Made by a program: the position numbers and the translations under genes | Notes under the pieces: generated by a model | The model's database searches: none | The model's input: only the letters and a program-made list of their open reading frames with translations | What the model was told of the DNA's origin: nothing | In this document: positions 39,238-48,760 of the stretch, one piece after another | Layout of the letters: each line of letters starts with the position of its first letter | Numbering within the stretch: the stretch's first letter is position 1 | Origin: Candidatus Poribacteria bacterium | Lineage (GTDB): Bacteria > Poribacteria > WGA-4E > WGA-3G | Reading direction: 5' to 3' | Length of the DNA: 64,000 nt | Assembly: GCA_965198235.1 (NCBI GenBank) | Contig: OZ240248.1 | Span: 3,104,001-3,168,000 of the forward strand

Positions 39238-40398
39238 ATGAAGCACATCGTCATACTTGGTAGCACGGGTTCTATTGGGAAGAATACCCTCAGCGTTGTT
39301 GAAACGCATGCTGACGAATTTAAGGTAGTCGGTCTCGCAGCGAACCGGGATGTTGATACCCTTGAACAACAGATTCGGCGGTATCGTCCTGCGTTGGTGG
39401 CTTTAAATGAACCCAAAGCAGCGGCACAACTCCGAGAACGAATCCGAGATCTCAACTGCACACAAGTGCTCGCTGGCACCGAGGGGCTTGAAGCCGTAGC
39501 GACGATGCCGCAAGCGTCCCAAGTCCTGGATGGAATGGGCGGGAGTGCAGGTTTGCTACCGACTTTGGCAGCGATTAACGCCGGCAAGGACATCGCTTTT
39601 GTAAATAAAGAGGTAATGGTGATGGCAGGACCTCTTGTTAATGCGGCTGTCCAAAAGAACGGTGTTAATTTGATACCGATAGATGGTGAAATGAGTGCCA
39701 TTTTCCAATGCTTGGAGGGCACACGCGACCAGCAGACAGATATCCATCGACTCCTGATTACTGCGTCAGGAGGACCGTTCCGAGAGGTGCCGAAAGAGAC
39801 ACTCTATTCCGTCACACCACAGCAAGCACTCCGGCACCCAAATTGGAAGATGGGACAGAAAATAACAATCGACTCCGCAACAATGATGAACAAAGGACTG
39901 GAGGTCATTGAGGCGAAATGGTTGTTTGATATAGAACTCTCGAAGATTGACATCGTCGTTCATCCGGAGAGTATTGTCCATTCTATGGTGGAATGGACAG
40001 ATGGCTCCACACTCGCACAACTGGGACCCACAGATATGCGTATTATGATCCAATACGCTTTAACCTATCCCCGTAGACTCTCAACACCAGTGCCACGTTT
40101 GGATTTGATGGAGGCACGCACACTACACTTTGAACCGGTTGACTTTGAGAAATTTCCATGCCTCTCACTGGCGTATACCGCCGCAGAAGTCGGGGGCACA
40201 CTCCCTGTAGTGCTCAGTAGCGCAGATGAGGTGGTCGTAGCGGCTTTTCTTGATACATGCATCGGATTTATGGATATTCCCGCGATCCTCGCGCGTGTGA
40301 TGGATGAGCATGAGGTGATCACTGACCCAACACTTTCGGATATCCTTGAGGTTGACCGGTGGGCAAAATCAACAGCACATTCAATAATAAAAAAATAA
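39238..40398 (+). CDS. dxr: 1-deoxy-D-xylulose-5-phosphate reductoisomerase
   Basis: LGSTGSIG, NKE, TASGGPFR, HPNWKMGQKITIDSATMMNKGLEVIEA motifs. Confidence 0.96.
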   Translation: MKHIVILGSTGSIGKNTLSVVETHADEFKVVGLAANRDVDTLEQQIRRYRPALVALNEPKAAAQLRERIRDLNCTQVLAGTEGLEAVATMPQASQVLDGMGGSAGLLPTLAAINAGKDIAFVNKEVMVMAGPLVNAAVQKNGVNLIPIDGEMSAIFQCLEGTRDQQTDIHRLLITASGGPFREVPKETLYSVTPQQALRHPNWKMGQKITIDSATMMNKGLEVIEAKWLFDIELSKIDIVVHPESIVHSMVEWTDGSTLAQLGPTDMRIMIQYALTYPRRLSTPVPRLDLMEARTLHFEPVDFEKFPCLSLAYTAAEVGGTLPVVLSSADEVVVAAFLDTCIGFMDIPAILARVMDEHEVITDPTLSDILEVDRWAKSTAHSIIKK

Positions 40399-40491
40399 CA
40401 CACGATCTAATAAACTTTGTAGGGGGTTTTTGCTTGGGTATTTTCCCAGGTCTTGTGCCTGCCCATAATAAAAAAAGAGGTAATAAACATC

Positions 40492-42180
40492 ATGGAATTC
40501 TTCGTTGACCTGATTGGCTCCATTATTCCGTACATCAAAACGGCGTTTCTCGCCATTATTCCTCTCGGATTTATTATTTTTATTCATGAACTCGGTCATT
40601 TTTATGCCGCGAAACGGTGTGGTATTAAAGTAAACACCTTCTCCCTCGGCTTCGGTCCGAAGCTCATTGGATTTCAGCGAGGTGAAACAGAATATAGAAT
40701 CTCACTATTGCCATTTGGTGGCTATGTTCAAATGGAAGGCGAGAGTCCAACCGAGCAAACCGGTGCACCGGGTGAATTCGCGAGTGCCCCGATCGGCAGT
40801 CGCGCGTTTGTCGCCGCCGCGGGTCCCGCGGTGAATCTCTTGTTTGGCGTGTTGGTATACTGGCTTGTCTTTGCGACTGGGATTAACACGGATTCCGCCC
40901 GGTTAATCGGTGGATTAACAGGCTTACCTCTCGGTGAAAAAGAGGCAATTCAGATCGGATGGGTTGCTGATGATGGACCCGGCGCGCTGGGTGGGATAAT
41001 GCCTGGCGATACAATTGTTTCCGTCAATGGTGCCCCGATTAGCCATTGGGCGATGTTCCAAACAAGGATTTTCACCAGTGCGAATAAACCGCTTGATCTC
41101 GTTGTGGAACGCGATGGTGAACGCAAATTCCTCTCTGTTAAACCCGATGCTGAGCCGAGTGTCAGAGGAGATATAGGTATAATTCGGGTGAGTAGTAGAA
41201 CCGAGACGATCGTCAGTCATATCGAAGAAGGAAGTCTCGCGGCACAAATGGGGGTCCAAATCGGCGACCAAATTGAAAGCATCAACGGTAAAAAACTCCA
41301 CAACGTTCCGTATTTTGGGTATGGTGTCTGGCACGCTTCCGAAGATTGGCGTAATGAGAAATATCAGGCACTTTATCAAAGTATTAACGAAAACCAAGAA
41401 GCGTTGACACTCGGTATCCGCCGTGGTGATGAGACGCTCACGCTCGAACTGCCGGTACGCTGGCGTGTGAAGGCGAGTATCCAAGAGGATAGCATCGCAC
41501 AAAACGTTGGGATTCAAGATGGGGACGTGCTTGTGACGCTTAACGGGATGTCAGTAGACAATGCAACGCTCTACTCGGAACTCAAGACGATGGCAAGTCA
41601 ACCGATCGAAGTCGGATTGATGCGAGAGGGTAGCCTGAAAAAAGTAACACTCGCCTCAGAGATTCAAAGCCCAGAGGCTGATACCGACGGAGCATTCTTT
41701 GGATTGGCGTGGCAGACCTCCTTAAGTGGGATGGAATTCGCTGCAAAAACAGCACCTTTTCCAGATTATAACTTTTTTACAGGGTTCGGGAAAGGCGTTG
41801 AAGCAACGTGGTTGACGTTTACAACTGTCGGCAGAACCTTGCAACAGTTGGTAGGTGGGGAGGTGTCCCCGAAACATCTCGCCGGTCCAATCGGTATCGC
41901 GAACGCCACGAGTCGTATGTTTGACCGGGTCGGGTTGAGTAGTGTTCTCTTTTTTATTGGATTCATTAGTATCAATCTTTGCATCGTCAATCTGTTACCG
42001 ATTCCGATTGCTGACGGGGGGCAGCTACTGTTTTTTGCTGTTGAGAAAATCCGTGGCAGACCCATGCCTCGGAGAGCACAAGAAGTTGTTCAACAGGTTT
42101 GTATTGTTCTCTTGATTGCGCTCTTCCTGTACATCACGTGGTTCGATGGGATGTCCCTGATTCACGATCTACGCAATTAG
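40492..42180 (+). CDS. rseP: RIP metalloprotease RseP with multiple PDZ domains
   Basis: HELGH, GGYV, AGP..N and NLLPIPIADGG motifs; three GD-type PDZ repeats. Confidence 0.93.
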   Translation: MEFFVDLIGSIIPYIKTAFLAIIPLGFIIFIHELGHFYAAKRCGIKVNTFSLGFGPKLIGFQRGETEYRISLLPFGGYVQMEGESPTEQTGAPGEFASAPIGSRAFVAAAGPAVNLLFGVLVYWLVFATGINTDSARLIGGLTGLPLGEKEAIQIGWVADDGPGALGGIMPGDTIVSVNGAPISHWAMFQTRIFTSANKPLDLVVERDGERKFLSVKPDAEPSVRGDIGIIRVSSRTETIVSHIEEGSLAAQMGVQIGDQIESINGKKLHNVPYFGYGVWHASEDWRNEKYQALYQSINENQEALTLGIRRGDETLTLELPVRWRVKASIQEDSIAQNVGIQDGDVLVTLNGMSVDNATLYSELKTMASQPIEVGLMREGSLKKVTLASEIQSPEADTDGAFFGLAWQTSLSGMEFAAKTAPFPDYNFFTGFGKGVEATWLTFTTVGRTLQQLVGGEVSPKHLAGPIGIANATSRMFDRVGLSSVLFFIGFISINLCIVNLLPIPIADGGQLLFFAVEKIRGRPMPRRAQEVVQQVCIVLLIALFLYITWFDGMSLIHDLRN

Positions 42181-42429
42181 CGGTCAGCTGTCAGTTGTAG
42201 GAGCGAGTTGTGCTCGCGATTGTAGAGATTTTCGTTTAGAAGCAACCTCTTGTGACTGACTACTAACAATCGGTAACCGCTTCCTCCTATGGCGTAGAAA
42301 AATCGGACATCTCGTGAGGCTTCCGGTACGAAATCTTCTTAATTGTTCATGTTCCCATTCACGCTGGAATTGACCAAACACCATCGTGGAACGTAGTGGA
42401 ACGATGCTCAGATTCCTATAGTTTAAAAT

Positions 42430-43149
42430 ATGGATAGAGACAGCCTCAAAAAAGATTATGTAGAACTTGTTGCAAGTGTGAGGGAATACGTGGAAGAACA
42501 ACTTCAACTCGGTTTCATAGAATCAGAACTAAGCGAACCTGAGCAGGAATCGCCCTACGCGAACCTTGATCTACCCGCGCTGGCGACCGATGCCGCGGGT
42601 TGCACCAAATGTCCGTTGCACGAAACACGGAATAGTGTCGTTTTTGGTGTCGGCAACACGAACGCTGACCTTATGTTCATCGGTGAAGCGCCGGGGGCTG
42701 ATGAGGATCAGCAGGGCGAACCTTTTGTCGGTAGAGCCGGTCAATTGCTGACACAAATCATTGAGGCAGGGATGAAACTCAAGCGCGAGGATGTCTATAT
42801 CACCAATGTGCTTAAGTGTCGTCCCCCGGGCAACAGAAACCCTGAATCCGATGAGGTCGAAACCTGTAGCCCTTATTTGGTGCGTCAGATAGAACTCATT
42901 CAGCCGAAGGTGATTGTGGCACTCGGAAGTTTTGCTGCACAGATGATGCTTGGGACAAAAATCGGTATTACAAAACTCCGCGGGGAGTTCCATGCGTGTA
43001 ATGTAGCAGGACTCCGCGTCCTTCCACATAGGAAACCACCAATGGTCATGCCGACATTTCACCCGGCGTATCTGCTCAGAAACCCGAATGCCAAACGTGA
43101 CGTGTGGGAAGACGTTAAAAAGGTGCTTGCTTTTTTAGCAGATTTTTAA
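42430..43149 (+). CDS. Uracil-DNA glycosylase family 4
   Basis: [28 protein letters not shown] and FHPAYLLR motifs. Confidence 0.95.
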   Translation: MDRDSLKKDYVELVASVREYVEEQLQLGFIESELSEPEQESPYANLDLPALATDAAGCTKCPLHETRNSVVFGVGNTNADLMFIGEAPGADEDQQGEPFVGRAGQLLTQIIEAGMKLKREDVYITNVLKCRPPGNRNPESDEVETCSPYLVRQIELIQPKVIVALGSFAAQMMLGTKIGITKLRGEFHACNVAGLRVLPHRKPPMVMPTFHPAYLLRNPNAKRDVWEDVKKVLAFLADF

Positions 43150-43393
43150 ATAATTGGCCTCCGCGCTGTGCTCCATTACATTCCGCACAGGTCTCTGATT
43201 TGTTCAGCTACGTTTCACGATGGTTTATAGTCAATTTTGCGGCGTACTCGCCCATAAGCGATCTGCTTCAAGGGAGACTGAACCCCGTAGGGTGTTTTTG
43301 CTTGGGGTTTTTGATAGGGTGTTTCTGCGGATTTTTGTGGATTTCTTCAAAATCTCTGTAGGGGAACAACGCCCAGATTCAATAGTTTAAAAT

Positions 43394-45988
43394 ATGACCA
43401 GATTCAATAGTTTAAAATATGCAAACATCGCTTTTCCGTTATCGGTCGATCAAGTATTCACCTACGGTGTACCGCCGCAGATGGATGCAGTTTTACAACT
43501 CGGAACCCGGGTGTTAGCACCTTTCCGTGGGACAAATCAGGAAGGGATTGTCGTTGAACGACTCGATGAAACCGATCTTGATCCTGATGTTATCAAGAAT
43601 ATTTCCAACTGCCTTGATGAAACCCCGACCTTCTCTACGGATTTGCTCGCGCTGACCAAATGGATGGCGGAATATTATGTCTGCTCGTGGGGTGTCGCGC
43701 TCTTTTGTGCTGTGCCGGCTGCTGTGCGAACGCAGAAAGAACAGAAGGTACGGCTCTTGTCAGGAGCACCTACACCGCAAGGAAAGGTGCAAAAGGAACT
43801 CGTCGCACTTTTGGAAGCAGAGGGTGAGCTGTCTCTCAATCAACTTGCCCGACGTGTTGGTGTAAGTTACCAGAATCTCCGTCCGAGGATTACCGCGCTA
43901 AAAGAAAAAGGTATCGTTAGCCTTGATGTCACCCACAAACCGAAAGCCAACACGCAGTTAACCTCTGTAGCAACTTTAGCTTTACCGCCAACTGATATTG
44001 AAGCGGAAATTGATCGACTCAGAGGTGAGGCGGACGGTTCCGAAGATTCATCTGGTTCCCGACCGAACAATCGTCGGCACGTTGCCGCTGCTAAGCATGC
44101 CGAAATTCTGCAACTCTTGCTTGATGAAGGTGCCCCTTTGGCGACAGCCGGCCTAACCAAACGGGTGAATGCCAGCATCTCACTACTCCGCACACTTGAA
44201 AGACGTGGCTTTGTTCATATCACACGTGCACAAGCCGTTCGTAATCCCTTGAGTTCTGAACCGATCGCTGCAACACAGCCGCTTCACTTGAACTCTGCAC
44301 AATCGATGGCGTTCGCGGAGATTCAAAATATACTCGTTCCACATACGATGGACGCGTCATTTTTTCCTGCTACTGAACGTCCGCTTACCTTTCTGCTCCA
44401 CGGCGTAACCGGGAGTGGAAAAACCGAGGTCTACATGCAAGCAATGACAGAAGTTCTTGGAAACGGGAAAGCTGTCATCGTATTAGTGCCAGAAATATCG
44501 CTCACACCTCAGACTGCCTCCCGATTTGTTGGGCGATTCGGGGAACGGGTGGCGTTGCTGCACAGCCGATTGAGTGATGGGGAACGCCATGATCAGTGGC
44601 ATCGTATCCAAAAGGGTGAAGCGGACATTGTGATTGGACCGCGTTCTGCCGTCTTTGCCCCAGTGAAAGAACTGGGTATGCTGATTATAGACGAAGAGCA
44701 TTCGGATTCCTATAAGTCAGATACCGTCCCGCGTTACCACGCACGGGATGTCGCGCAGAAGCGGGGTGAACTCGCAAACTGTCCTGTTCTACTTGGGAGC
44801 GCGACACCGTCCCTTGAGAGTTTTCATCGTGCGAAAAATGGGCGTTATCGGCTTCTCAGTCTGCCAGACCGTGTTCTTAATAGAAAAATGCCCGATGTTC
44901 ACATTGTTGATATGCGGACTGAATTGAAAAAGGGCAACAGGACTATCTTCTCCGATGTCCTCCGAAGTTCGATTGAAGAACGATTGGAAAGGCGAGAACA
45001 AATTATCCTATTTCTCAACAGACGTGGGCATTCTACCCATGTGTTTTGCCGGACTTGTGGTTATGTCGAACGCTGCGAAAATTGCTCTATCTCATTGACT
45101 TTTCACTTTGAGACGAAACTTCTCGTTTGTCACCACTGCGGTGATAAACGTCCGACACATCCGACCTGCCCGCAGTGTAGCAGCCCTGCCATTCGATATT
45201 TTGGGTTGGGGACAGAGGCGGTTGAACAAGAGGTGAGGAAAGCGTTCCCACAGGCACGTGTGAAGCGATTTGATGCCGATTCAACTGCACGGAAAAACGC
45301 ACATCAGCAGATTTTGGGGACATTTGAGCAGCAGAAGATTGATATTCTGATAGGCACACAAATGGTATCAAAAGGGTTAGACTTCCCGAATGTCACGCTT
45401 GTCGGGGTCATCGCCGCGGATACCAGTTTGAATCTACCCGACTTTCGGGCGGGTGAACAGACGTTTAGCCTGTTGACACAGGTCGCTGGACGTTCGGGAC
45501 GCGCCGAGCTTGAAGGGAAGGTCGTCATTCAGACCTATATGCCTGAGCACTACTGTATTTCTGCCGCGCAAAAGCACGACTATCTCGGTTTCTATGCGCA
45601 GGAGGTTGAAGCACGCGGCGCGTTACGATATCCACCTTTCTCGCATGTCGGGACGCTTCTGCTCCGTGGCAAGGATGAGAAACAGGTTGAAGAGGCTGCG
45701 CATGCTGTCCGAGATCAACTTCAGATTTGGCTGACAGGTCAAGCACCTGCCGATCAGCCAGATGAGAAAGAAGACGATGTTGGAGGGACCGCAGTAGAAA
45801 TCCTCGGTCCCGCGCCAGCACCGCTCTCGAAAATCGAAGGAAAATTTCGGTGGCATTTTTTACTTCGAAGCAGCTCCGTTGAAAGAATCAGTCAACTTCT
45901 TAAGCAATTAACTGATGAGCCACCTGTCGCTATTAAATCGAATGCTATTGAGTTTGTGATAGACATCGATCCAACGAGTATTCTATAG
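43394..45988 (+). CDS. priA: Primosomal protein N'
   Basis: GVTGSGKTEVY, DEEH, SATPS, four CxxC pairs, KGLDFP and QVAGRSGR motifs. Confidence 0.97.
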   Translation: MTRFNSLKYANIAFPLSVDQVFTYGVPPQMDAVLQLGTRVLAPFRGTNQEGIVVERLDETDLDPDVIKNISNCLDETPTFSTDLLALTKWMAEYYVCSWGVALFCAVPAAVRTQKEQKVRLLSGAPTPQGKVQKELVALLEAEGELSLNQLARRVGVSYQNLRPRITALKEKGIVSLDVTHKPKANTQLTSVATLALPPTDIEAEIDRLRGEADGSEDSSGSRPNNRRHVAAAKHAEILQLLLDEGAPLATAGLTKRVNASISLLRTLERRGFVHITRAQAVRNPLSSEPIAATQPLHLNSAQSMAFAEIQNILVPHTMDASFFPATERPLTFLLHGVTGSGKTEVYMQAMTEVLGNGKAVIVLVPEISLTPQTASRFVGRFGERVALLHSRLSDGERHDQWHRIQKGEADIVIGPRSAVFAPVKELGMLIIDEEHSDSYKSDTVPRYHARDVAQKRGELANCPVLLGSATPSLESFHRAKNGRYRLLSLPDRVLNRKMPDVHIVDMRTELKKGNRTIFSDVLRSSIEERLERREQIILFLNRRGHSTHVFCRTCGYVERCENCSISLTFHFETKLLVCHHCGDKRPTHPTCPQCSSPAIRYFGLGTEAVEQEVRKAFPQARVKRFDADSTARKNAHQQILGTFEQQKIDILIGTQMVSKGLDFPNVTLVGVIAADTSLNLPDFRAGEQTFSLLTQVAGRSGRAELEGKVVIQTYMPEHYCISAAQKHDYLGFYAQEVEARGALRYPPFSHVGTLLLRGKDEKQVEEAAHAVRDQLQIWLTGQAPADQPDEKEDDVGGTAVEILGPAPAPLSKIEGKFRWHFLLRSSSVERISQLLKQLTDEPPVAIKSNAIEFVIDIDPTSIL

Positions 45989-46169
45989 ACATATCACCCT
46001 TACGGGGTTTTAATCTGAATAAAGAGAAATGTTTAAACATCATTCTTTTTAAGCACTCTAACGGAGTGCCATATTTATCTAACCTTCCGAGACTAAAACC
46101 CAATCCTTTAGGTTTGGGATACAGTCTCGCCGTTGTGAATTAGACCAGGGGTCTCTGTTAAAAAAAGAC

Positions 46170-46198
46170 TTGACTTTCGGTGAAAAATGTGGTATAAT
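46170..46198 (+). promoter_or_regulatory. sigma70 promoter inside the IS, upstream of tnpB
   Basis: TTGACT-17 nt-TATAAT with an extended -10 TG. Confidence 0.75.
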
Positions 46199-46206
46199 TA
46201 AAGTAT

Positions 46207-46281
46207 CAAGTTGGCAGACATGAACAGCGTAACCGCAAGGTTACGTGTCTGCCTACCCACTGTTCAGGGGTTAAGAACTTG
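46207..46281 (+). ncRNA. Candidate structured 5' leader RNA (pseudoknotted)
   Basis: Perfect pairings: 46207-12/46276-81, 46213-20/46246-53, 46228-34/46239-45 (GCAA tetraloop) and 46221-27/46260-66. Confidence 0.55.
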
Positions 46282-46295
46282 AAACTTGAGATACC

Positions 46296-47507
46296 ATGCG
46301 AAACACCACACATAAACTTTTTCGTGATACCTCTTTGAAGCATCTCCAGGATGACCTGAATATCTGTGGCGTTGTTCGGAATCATTTCAATGCGTTGTCT
46401 CGGCGATATTACCGTCGGTATGGTAAGGACTTGTCGTATTCCAAGATGTCGAAACATTTGACGCGGCTGAAAAAGCTTGAGAAATACCAACATTGGAATA
46501 TCCCTTACGCGTGGAGTCTTCAGAATATGCTCAAACGCTTGGCACAGAGTTTCAAAGAAATGAAAACACTTGGCAGAGGTCACCCGAAGTTCAAGAAGTG
46601 CAAGAAACACAAAGGGATGACGTTCTCTGGTGAACAAGTTGCGTTGGAGAAAGTGCTTGACGCGCAGAAGAACGAAAGAAACCACCCGACCTATAAGATA
46701 AGACTGAATGGACGTTGGTATCGTTTCGCGTTGCACCGTGAAATACAAGGTGCTATCAAACAGTTTCATGTTAAGAGGGACGCACTCGGAGATATGTATA
46801 TTACGCTGACAGAAGACTATACCGAAATTAAAATTGAACCCAAGACGGGTCAAGCTGAAGGGTTTGATTTTGGTATCAAAGACTTCCTGACTGGCAGTGA
46901 TGGTCATAGATATACGTCTCCAATGTTCTACAAACTCAACGCTGAAAAGTTGGCGGAAGCACAAAAGGTATATTCCCATAAAGTCAAAGGTTCTCGGAAT
47001 CTCGAACGAGAACGTAAGAACGTTGCCCGTATCCATAAGAAAACGGCGAATCAAAGGACAGACCACCACTATAAACTTGCTATAAAGTTGTGTCGGCAGT
47101 TTGATATCCTGTTCTTTGAAGACCTCAACCTTCGCGGTATGAAAAAACTTTGGGGTCAACAGGTATCTGACCTCGCCTTCGGTGAGTTTCTGCAGAAGCT
47201 GAAACACCAGAGCAAAAAGCGTATCCGTTCTGTGCTGAAGATTCATCGCTGGTCGCCGACCACAAAGTGCTGTTCTGTTTGTGGACATAAAAATCAAAAC
47301 CTCACGCTATCAGATAGAGACTGGACGTGTCCAAAGTGTGAGACACACCTCGACCGCGACGAGAACGCTGCTATGAACATTCTTAAGGAAGGGGTAGCTT
47401 CCTTTGGGTTAGGAGTTGTAAGACCTATTGTTTTGTTTAACAAAATCGTAGGCACCTCCGTTGAATCGAACCATCCGATTCTGAATTCCACAAATGCTTC
47501 TGCTTAA
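46296..47507 (+). CDS. tnpB: RNA-guided endonuclease TnpB
   Basis: RuvC motifs GFDFG, FEDL and DRDENAAMNI are intact; CSVC/CPKC zinc finger. Confidence 0.93.
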   Translation: MRNTTHKLFRDTSLKHLQDDLNICGVVRNHFNALSRRYYRRYGKDLSYSKMSKHLTRLKKLEKYQHWNIPYAWSLQNMLKRLAQSFKEMKTLGRGHPKFKKCKKHKGMTFSGEQVALEKVLDAQKNERNHPTYKIRLNGRWYRFALHREIQGAIKQFHVKRDALGDMYITLTEDYTEIKIEPKTGQAEGFDFGIKDFLTGSDGHRYTSPMFYKLNAEKLAEAQKVYSHKVKGSRNLERERKNVARIHKKTANQRTDHHYKLAIKLCRQFDILFFEDLNLRGMKKLWGQQVSDLAFGEFLQKLKHQSKKRIRSVLKIHRWSPTTKCCSVCGHKNQNLTLSDRDWTCPKCETHLDRDENAAMNILKEGVASFGLGVVRPIVLFNKIVGTSVESNHPILNSTNASA

Positions 47508-47656
47508 TGATTGCAGAAGCCCAAGTCTTTAGGCTTGGGTCTATCACAGTATCTAAAAGATCCGTATAGGATGATCGGGAATCTGCGCGAAACATTGTCC
47601 CGCAAGCCTCTATAGGCTTGCGCAAGGAGCGCAGCCCAGGAGGCCATAAATTAAAA

Positions 47657-48616
47657 ATGGGTAACCGGATATTTGACAAACTTGCTGATACTGACTTACT
47701 TGCACATAGCCCGATTCTGGTTTTTGCTGCCGATCCACTCGCATCTGCCGGGATTAAGGGGCTCGGACAAGTACAACACCCGAAACCGCACTACCGAACA
47801 CACGCAGAGTTTTTGCAACTCCAGCGCGACCTCGTTGCAGATGGCCAGTTGGACGGGCTCCTGATGACACCCGCTGATGCGGAAATCCTTGCACTTGAAG
47901 AAAATCTGTTTGAAGACACGCCGATTACGCCAATCGTCCGGATGAACTCGGAGACGGCTATCTGGAATCCGAGGTTTGGCATCTATACCTCGCGGCTGTC
48001 GATGCCGTTTCAAACCGTGTTTCCAGAGGACATGCAGCGCTATTGTGAGGCACTCATCGGTCCCGCACTTGAATGTCGAGTCAACCTTGGGTTGTATTCC
48101 ATTACGCTCAACAACGATCCGATCGCTGATGAGCGAATGTTACAAGCGTATGTGCAGTTCGCACACGTCGTCGGTGAAATCGAGGGATTCGATCATCTCT
48201 TAGAGGTGTTTTTACCGAATATAAAAATGCCGGGAATGGATGAGGAGAAACGGGGCATGTATGTCGCCGATTCTATCGTCCGAACGATGAGTTATCTCCG
48301 AAAACACCAACGCCCGCGTTTTATCAAAACGGCATATACGACCGCCGAAGTCTGGATCGAGTTGTGCCAGTTCGACACGACGCTGGTGATCGGCGCATTG
48401 GGGGGTCCCCGTCAAAATGCGCGTAGCACATTTGCACTTGCGCACAATGTTGTCAGCAACGGCGGACGCGCTACCCTATTCGGGCGCACCATCTTCGGTG
48501 AAGATGAACCGATCGGCTTTGTGCAGTGCCTGCGGCGCGTCCTTGATGGTGAGGATGATCCACAGAATGCCCATGCGGAGTATCAGAAATTGTTACGAGG
48601 TTCCCGGACGGGTTAG
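47657..48616 (+). CDS. Putative class I aldolase-like TIM barrel protein
   Basis: HLLEVF, FIKTAY, GALGG and LFGRTIF resemble DhnA-type aldolase motifs. Confidence 0.6.
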   Translation: MGNRIFDKLADTDLLAHSPILVFAADPLASAGIKGLGQVQHPKPHYRTHAEFLQLQRDLVADGQLDGLLMTPADAEILALEENLFEDTPITPIVRMNSETAIWNPRFGIYTSRLSMPFQTVFPEDMQRYCEALIGPALECRVNLGLYSITLNNDPIADERMLQAYVQFAHVVGEIEGFDHLLEVFLPNIKMPGMDEEKRGMYVADSIVRTMSYLRKHQRPRFIKTAYTTAEVWIELCQFDTTLVIGALGGPRQNARSTFALAHNVVSNGGRATLFGRTIFGEDEPIGFVQCLRRVLDGEDDPQNAHAEYQKLLRGSRTG

Positions 48617-48760
48617 CGACATCCCGTAGGGGCAGGTCTTGTGCCTGCCCGCATGTAGGGCTTAAAAATCACATATCCCCAGTCGCGTCGGAATTAACCA
48701 GACACCACCGTGAAACATAGGGGAACGGTGACCAGATTCGATAGTTTAAAAAATGGAACG

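Larger units (their letters stand above)
46079..47547 (+). mobile_element. IS200/IS605-family element carrying tnpB only (IS1341-like, no tnpA)
   Basis: Related subterminal hairpins at both ends (aaacccaatcctttaggtttggg; aagcccaagtctttaggcttggg). Preceded by TTTAT (46074-46078) and ends in TCAC (47544-47547). Confidence 0.8.

Noticed and set aside
46206-47297. 363-aa ORF antisense to tnpB as a possible tnpA
   Set aside because: No HUH/Y1 or serine-recombinase motifs; it is a shadow of tnpB.
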